Positions 56,030-64,000 of a stretch of 64,000 bases of DNA are shown here, in pieces; position 1 is the first letter of the stretch, and the number at the start of each line of letters is the position of its first letter. The notes beneath the pieces are model-generated. The model searched no databases. It saw nothing but the letters and a program-made list of their open reading frames with translations, and was not told the DNA's origin. Origin of the DNA: Paraspadella gotoi (lineage: Eukaryota > Animalia > Chaetognatha). The translations under genes and the position numbers were made by a program. The stretch covers positions 12,121,620 to 12,185,619 of the forward strand of contig CM119271.1 of assembly GCA_051294375.1 (NCBI GenBank), written 5' to 3'.

Positions 56030-58997
56030 AATATCTGGCTGCTGCCTCGCCCGTTTCTCGCGAAGAAATTGATCGAATGTGAAGAAGATATCGCGATTAT
56101 TTTTAACGTTTGAAACGTCGCGAGAGAGAGAATTAGTGCCTCTCGAAAGACCCGGACGTTAAACGCTTTTAACTCACAGCGTTGGAAGTTTAATTTAAAG
56201 TCATTTTAATCTCGTTTTTAAATTCATTTTTAATCTCACGTTTTTAACCTTTTATCGTCGAAATTAAACTCATTAATTTCATCCACCGTTTTATAAACTC
56301 AAACTTTTATCTCCGTTCTTCGTCGCCAATTTGTTGATAAATAAACTTACCAACCAGTTCCAAATTCTTAGCGTCCTTTAATGAAACCAAAAGTCAGTCA
56401 ACGAATAAGTACAGCAAATCGAGAGAGGCACAAACATTAAAAACGTTGTCCATCGAACTCCTGGACATTAAAAACGTTGTCCATCAAACTACTGGACATT
56501 AAAAGCGTGGCGTCGAATTTAAAACTTCGAACGTAAAATTGAACTGGAACTACAAGGCCGGCTGGCAAAGAATGAAACCGCCGATTAACCTGAAATGGTC
56601 GGTGATGAAGGAAAACCTTTCGCCGAAAATTGATTCGTCATCGCGTTACGTCGTGTGGAGAGACTGTGAAAAGACTGTATCACTGTGAGAGACTGTGCAT
56701 CTGAAACTCGTCGTCGTTCGAATAAACGTGCGCTGCGGCCTTCATTTGATGCTGGGGACCCCTGAACCCCCCCGGCCTAGACTCCCGACGCCAAGGCAAT
56801 CAAAAATTCGACAGGCAGCGACGACGGTCGGATCTGGGCCCGACCTTTCTCTCTTGCTCTCCCTCGACGTTCCTTGGACGCGCGGCGACGACTGACACCG
56901 GAGGTTTTTCAACCTCTGGTCTACCCTTTGATTGAAGACGTTGGCTGACGAAAGAATTTGAATTTTAAGAATTGACGGCTGAAGCGCGCCGCCAGTTTGC
57001 TTTGCAACTCAGCACTGGAGACGGCGCTGCTCGCCCTTTTGAATTTTGATTTGGACGAGATTCTCATCTTTTTAATTTTGTTTTTTCTCTTCCTTACCCA
57101 GACAGAACCCCATGGCTTCGACCTCACTTCACTGGTCGCCGCACCTTCAGCCTGACGAGGAGCTGAGGGTTGCCCATCAGGCCCTGGCTGAGGAACTGTA
57201 CCTGGTGGAAAAGGAAGGAAAACCGCCTGACCATGCGCCCCGGATCCATGTTGTCACAGCTCTATGGTGCTGGAGAAAAAGAACTTGGACAGAATGATGA
57301 ACCATGAAGTAAGTGCGGCAAGGGCTACACTGAAGGCATGGGAAAATTTGATGGCATTGAAAGGAGTACCTATGGTCCCAACTATTTTGTCCTCAGCTTG
57401 TGAGACCTTGGATATCCCTTTTGGTCAAGGTGCAGTGAGGCCTGTTCCTGTTCAGGAATTTAAGGAGCCGCTGCAGATTGAAAAGGTTGTTCCAAAGGTT
57501 GGATTTTCCCTTGGTTGTATCTCTTCTGATGTGCTGAGTCAAGGAAGTATTAGAGATGGTACTGTGATGTCGCATGCCATTCCTAAGACTGAGCGGAATC
57601 AAAGCCGCCCTTGCAAGGCCACTGAGGGACAATCTTCCCACTCAAGCAGGCAGTCAAGGAGTGAGAGGGAGCGGGGGTCATCCAGCTTTGGTACTGTAAA
57701 AAGATTTGATGAGCAAGAATTTGCCCTGTCCTCTAAGTCTTATGAACAGAAGAAGATAGAGGTTGAAGACAGAAAGAGAGAGTATGAAAAGGAAAAGCTG
57801 GAACTAGAAGAAAGGCTCAGAGAATTGAATGAAAAGAGAAAAGCCAGAAAGAAGGAAGAAAGGAGAAGGAAAGCCTCCAAGGAAAAAAAGGATTTAGATA
57901 AGAAAGGAACTAAGGCTAGGTCACAAATGACAACTCAGGAGTTAGTTGAATATTTGCAAAAAAGACGCTCCTCTGAGAAAAAAGATGTCATTTGTGATAA
58001 TGATAAATGTATGACCTCTCCCAGCTCTGCTGAAGCTCAGGAGTTGAAGTCTTTTGGAAATCCAGAGACTGTTTTCTCCTTCAGTGATGGCACTTCCATC
58101 AATGCTGAAGATAAAGAACAGAAAACTGCTCAATCAAAATGTGATTTAGGATCTGTTGGTACCGCCTCTTCCAGTAAATCTGATGCAGAGGATTGGAATC
58201 CAGATCAAAGTATTGAAGAAAATGTGATCTCCTCCAGTAAAGAGCCCAAGACTACCACTGTCGAGATGGATCCTAAAACTAAGATGGCAGATAATGACTG
58301 TCAGCATTTGGCCAGTCTGACTAACCCTTTGGAAAATGTTCATGTCTTGGCGGATTACCCAGCCATGCTGAATGTCCAGAGAGTTGAGCCTGAATTGATA
58401 CCTCCACTCACCCCTGGTGTGTCGATTGTGACCCATTCTGACACAAATTTTCCAACTGCAGTGACCCTGGAGAGAGAGAAGCTGACTGATCAGCAAAACC
58501 CGGACTCCAGGCCAGAATTTGGTGACTCACCTTTTAAAAAAGGTAGGTCAAGTACCTAAGAAAAAGATTGACGGGATCTTGACAGAGGATCTGCAGCATA
58601 ACTCGTTTGGAGAAGCTGCTCCAGCTTATGAGGTTGGCCAGGGTGGTGATTTTCCCACTCTTCCATCTACTGAGTTGGAAACTGCTGATCAATTAGGTTT
58701 TTCCAGGCAGAATTGCCTGAATGAGAATCTAGAGTTGAAGAGAAATCGGGACAAGGTTGTAGCAGACATGCCTGCTAGCCATGATGCCCGGACTCTAGAG
58801 AACATAGAAATTGCGAAGTACCCCAGTCAGAGTCAGACAGAAATGAAACTGATGAGATTATTGGTGCTGATCTCTGGCACACCTACTATGGTAAAGTTGA
58901 AAATGTCACTGGTTTGGGAAGCTTGCCTTCTGAGTCAGGAGGCTTGAGGCCCAACCAGTCTGATATAGAAGACGCTGAAGATGATTGTCAGCAGCAG
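56030..58997 (+). mobile_element. Second copy of the 5' part of the BEL/Pao-like element (LTR plus gag-like ORF 57112-~58950)
   Basis: Near-identical to 45420-48373 with fewer frameshifts (431-aa ORF 57264-58559). Confidence 0.62.
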
Positions 58998-60846
58998 CCA
59001 CGGCCACGGTCGTGTCTTGTCATGACCGGCGTAACAGTTACGGATAGGGAATAAGGCTAGTAATTTGGTTAAAGATTTGGTTAAAAATTAATAATTTGAT
59101 TATGGTTAGAGATTATTTATAGTATTTGATAAAATATTAGGGTTAAATATTAGTATTAAAATTAAGTTCACTTGGTGTGGTTTCGGGAAACCTTTCCTTT
59201 CCTTTCCTTTCCTCTCCTTTCCTTTCCTTCTCTTTCCTCTCCTTTCCTTTCCTTCTTTTTCCTTTCCTTTCCTTTCTTTCCCTTTCCTTTTCTTATCCTT
59301 TTCTGTTCAACTGTGAATTCATTTTGTTCCACCTTTTCATCGCCTTTCAAAAAGAACCTTTTTTTCTCATAATCTCATCTATTCATGTCGCACCTTTTCG
59401 ACTCGTGGCGTCCTCTGTATTCGAATATCGATATTATTCTCCCGACAAAAAGAACATCGAGAACGAAAACGAGGCTCTGCAGAATAGCAAAGAAATATGG
59501 CAGAATGGCAGAATATGAGTTTTTTGTTTTGATTAAAATTCGATATAGAGGGCGCAGTGTTTTTTTTGTTAATTTCTTATATATTTTTCATTAAAAAGTT
59601 TTTTAATTTTTAATTTTATATTTTAAACATTGATTCTCATTTAAATATTTGAAAATTTTAAAACTGATCTCTTTTAAGGGGACCCAGTGATAAAAATGAT
59701 ATCATAAGCTTAAGGGTCTATCATCAAAGGAATTTGAATGGTTATAGTCATTAATTTTTCTTTGCACGGGAAAGTAGCAAAAAAATTCCTATCTCTTATT
59801 GTAGCGGAAACAAAAATTTAATAATTATGAAAGAAACATTTAGTTGACCCTACTTAAATATTTATATAATCCATTATTTTATTTTTGCATTAAAAAATAT
59901 TTTTTACTAAATTCCAAATTTTTATTTTTTACTGTACAAAGCTACAATTTTAGGTTTAAGCCTCATTGAACAAAGGCTTTACAAGACTAATATTTTTATA
60001 TTTTATATTTACTTAAAAGCAGACAAATCAAACCTAAATTCTATTCTTACAGAAACAAAACTGTAATAATTATTAATTAATATTCATATTCATCCCTTAA
60101 ATGTATTATTAAACTATATTGATTCCTAATTATAACAATTAAAAATTTAGCAAAAGTACAGAATCTTTCTCTTTTTTTTATATTTATATTACTTCAAAGA
60201 GTTTTATTTTCATCCAATTAACAGAATTATTTGAAAAAAACTTTAAATAAAATCAGTCGATACCTTAAATTTAGATTCTTTTCTAGTTTTTTTCTTATAA
60301 ATTTTTGTGATAAAAGCTGAAAATCTTTTTAAAATTAGATCTTACCCTTTTTTAGAAAAAAAAATTTAAAACTTGAAAAAGATTTTCTTCTTACCGATTT
60401 TTTAAAGAAAATTAAGCTTGCTGATTTTATCAAATTTTTTAACTACTTTCCCAAATGATTATAAAAAAAAAAATTATATGGTCAGAACCAGCTTAAGTTA
60501 AAGGGTCAAACGTTATGTTTTCAGCTTTTTACCCCCCCTGTTCACTTGGTCCCCTTAAAAAATAAGTTTGAGCAAACAATGTCGGATAATTTAGTGGTGA
60601 TTATGTGTAATAACTTAGTGGTAAGCAGCTAATAGATGATAAGTCATGATGAGTCTTTTTATTTGTGATTATCACATATTACAACAGATTTATAACATAA
60701 AACAAAAAAAATTCTTAGTATAGTGATCTTGCCAGTAAAATTGTTTGATACGTTTTAAGATTTATAATTTGATTTTGAATTAAACAATTGTCTTTTCTCC
60801 CCCTTCCACATCCCTCCATTTGTCGACGACCTCTTCCAAACCCCAG

Positions 60847-62347
60847 ATCCGTCCGGCGATGAGGACCTCAACGCCATCTCTGCGTCGCAACCAAACATCA
60901 ACGAAGTCGCCGACATTTTGATCAGAACTCGATTCTCTTTCGTCACAGGTAATTATATTTAATATTATTATATTAAATATATTTATATTATTATATTTAA
61001 TATTCAATATTTAAGTCTTAATACAAATTAACTATAACTGAAATTTAATTTGATTAAAGTTTTGCTTCAATAACATACAAGTAAGCTATAGAGTTGGGAC
61101 GCGAGCACAACAAAAACAACTATCTCTCTCTATCTTTTGTTATTTAATATTATATTATTTTTACGATATAATAAAATTCGACACATAAAATGTTAACGAC
61201 GTAGGATGCTAAGATGGAGCCGGCTTATGTATTACTATTATGGGTGCACTTTTGTTTTTCGAGCAAACAAAAGTCAGGCATTTTGCCCCGTCGCCTGGCA
61301 ACGCGTCAAATCCGAATGCGACGACGACGACGACGACAGCCAGTGACTTTGTAGAATTAGAAAAGAAAATGTCTCCCTGATTACGTAACTGAACAAACAA
61401 AAGAAAACAGGGCTCGTATTTTAACTGTTTAAAGTTGCTCAAGTTTAATTTTATGCTTTCATTTAATTTAAATTATAATGGTTTAAATTTGTACTGTTCA
61501 TTTCATACTTTAGTGATAAAAATCGCATAGATAAACGTTCTGAAAAAAACAAAACAAAACAAAAAACAGGTATTTATGGTTAAAGATATCAAAGTACTAA
61601 AATAGAGCTGGTTAAAAAAAAAAAAAACGTGCATTTGAGCCGATTCAAAATGGGATTTGCTTTTTGTTTCTCGCTTATGAAATAATAATTTCATTTTTTC
61701 CCGCCAGGCGGCAAAGCTCTCAACGGATCCCCTATCATCACTTTCCCCGACAATTCTCAACGAGTCGTTCAAGCGTCATCGTCGTCGTCGTCGTCGTCGT
61801 CTGGTCTCCAACTAGAAATCTCCGATTATGAGTACAGAAAGGTGAGGGCCTTATTTTCACAAAACGCCTCATTTTATCTTAAATTCGAAAATGAGTTAAT
61901 TTTTAGGTTTAGGATAATGGTGACGGTCAAGGATTAAGTTTAGGCATTAAGTTTAGGGATTAGGCTAATAATTAGAGTCGGGGATTAGGGTTAGGGTTCA
62001 GGGATTATGGTTAGGGTTAGAAATTAAGAATTACTTTTTAAGGACATTGGACAATTGGACAATTGGACAATGGACAATTCACATTGGACATTGGACATTG
62101 GACCGACTTTGATGGATTGAGGCCCTCCATCCATCTTAGACCATAAAAACATAGCCTGTCCAAAGTCCGATATCTTATTTATCAAATGAATCGATAATCC
62201 TTCCTCTCCACATCCTTCAAGGTGATCAACTTCCTGTGCGGGGTGTTGCGACCTCTGGAGGAAGATTCGAACCCAGGATTCGTTCTCGTCATCGATCGTC
62301 GATTCGACAAATGGAGCTCAGTCAAATCTGCTCTCGCAAAAATATCC
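60847..62347 (+). CDS. MCF2L: MCF2L/Dbs-family RhoGEF, exons of the N-terminal Sec14 (CRAL-TRIO) domain; gene continues downstream
   Basis: Phase-compatible exons 60847-60948 (..VADILIRTRFSFVTG), 61708-61841 (GKALNGSPIITFPD..EISDYEYRK) and 62222-62347 (VINFL..GFVLVIDRRFDKWSSVKSALAKIS). These match the Dbs motifs RFAYLSGG..GSPVITFPD and GFILVIDRR.DKW.SVK. Confidence 0.85.
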
Positions 62348-62374
62348 GTGAGTTGTGTTTCCCTTTTATCGATA

Positions 62375-62394
62375 CAGGGTGTTCCGGAAAGATT

Positions 62395-62432
<38 letters not shown>

Positions 62433-62588
62433 AATATAGGTATAAATTTATATCTATAACAATCATTGGTACGTGGCAAATTTTCTTGATCAATGTTCAA
62501 TGAACATACACTCTATGTACTAGCATCTATAGATTCTTAGACTTCATGTCATTCAAACGCATTAGTTATGAATTTCTGAAACACCCTA
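62375..62588. mobile_element. Small Tc1/mariner-type MITE
   Basis: TA|CAGGGTGTTCCGGAAA...TTTCTGAAACACCCTA. Confidence 0.55.
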
Positions 62589-63358
62589 TTTTCTCTCACG
62601 TTTCCTCACCTCTTCTCCTTCCTCCTCCTCCTCCTCCTCATTCTCCTCCTCTCTATTCCTCGCACACTTTCCTATTAATTCCCTTTTAATATTACATTAT
62701 TCGATTAAAAAAAGAAGAAAAGATTAAAACGAAAACAATAAACTAAGACGATGATTTAATAACCGATTTCAAAATGGAAACCATCTTTTCTTTTCTCTCG
62801 ATTTCTTTCAATTCTACTATTTTTTTACTATCATTTTTCTTCTATCACATCTTCTCCCTTTTCTATCATTTTTCTTCTATCACATCTACTCTTTTTACTA
62901 TCATTTTTTCTTCTATCACATTTACTATTTTTATTATCATTTTTTTTCTTCTAACACATCTACTTCCCTTTTATATTTCAATTTTCTTTTATCATTTCCT
63001 ACTCTCACGTCATCAATCATTTCTGTTTTTACCTTCTTTATCACCTCAGAACTTATTTTATCATCTCTTCTATCACCATCTCCTCCATCAATATCACTTC
63101 TTTTATCAGTTTTTCCTTCGCTATCACTCCTACTGCGCTTCCGAGTCCCTGAGACCCCCTGGTTACCTCGATTACTGCGCTGTTCGTCTTGGGTGAAAAA
63201 GCTGCTGCTTCTGCTGTCATTAGAATCGTCGTCGTCGNNNNNNNNNNCGTCGTCGTTGTATTTCATTTCGTCAAAGCTGCTTTTTTAACTTGATAGTTTT
63301 TATTTCGAAATCGGCTTTTTGATATCTCACTAGCAAATATATAGTAAATAATAGAGAT

Positions 63359-63400
<42 letters not shown>

Positions 63401-63641
63401 AAAACGTTCTTTCTCCCTCTTTTGTCTCAGCCGTCGAATCGCTATTGAATTTCCCATCAAAAAATCTCGTTACAAACTTCCGCAACAAAATTTCCGCCCG
63501 AATTGGGAAACTCGTCGAATGGGCGTGTCCGACCAGTGGCGCCGCCGTTAGTGGGGGCGTCGCGCGGATCACGTCGCGCGGACAAGTCACAAAATTCGAG
63601 AGGGAGCGGACCGACCACCTGGGACGGGCGTAGACTGTATG

Positions 63642-63731
<90 letters not shown>

Positions 63732-64000
63732 AAAGAGAGAGGAGAGAGAGGGAAGGAGGGAAAATGAGAGTGGAGGGACGGAGAGAGAGGGAGAAGAGAG
63801 GGAGAGGGAGAGATGTAGGGAAAGAGAGAGAGAGAGAAAGAATGAAGAGAGGGAGGGGAGACAGAGAGAGAGAGAGAGAGAGAGACGAGGCCTTCGAACG
63901 TTGACCTCCGGTAATACTTGTCGTCGTCGTCGTTGTCGTCGTTGTCGTCGTGGTCCGTTTCAAATCGCAACTTTCAAATGGCTTTTGATGGGCGGTCACG

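Larger units (their letters stand above)
53593..61458. repeat. Large inverted repeat 2: arms 53593-56016 and 58998-61458 around the same 3-kb spacer
   Basis: The arms are reverse complements with a few indels. The spacer is a direct copy of about 45420-48373. Confidence 0.95.

Overview
Animal (bilaterian invertebrate-like) genomic scaffold. Introns and intergenic DNA are AT-rich, exons are GC-rich, (AG)n and other microsatellites are abundant, and there are five N-gaps and frequent 1-nt indels typical of an imperfectly polished assembly. Genes reconstructed by hand from splice signals: the 5' part of a MARK/PAR-1 kinase (minus), an intronless dimmed/MIST1 bHLH gene with long internal repeats (plus), a CIB EF-hand gene (minus), two tandem six-exon paralogs encoding N-acylated globin-fold proteins that lack the heme-binding histidines (minus), and the 5' exons of an MCF2L/Dbs-type Sec14-RhoGEF (plus). 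Mobile DNA: a Penelope-like element with inverted pseudo-LTRs, each carrying a hammerhead ribozyme; hAT MITEs with 8-bp TSDs; TTAA- and TA-flanked MITEs; a tRNA-derived SINE; and a decayed BEL/Pao element. The 40-61 kb double palindrome contains all four junctions of a 3-kb inversion, so it most likely represents a heterozygous inversion assembled twice. The most novel candidate is the His-less, membrane-anchored globin pair. All family calls come from recalled motifs, not database searches.
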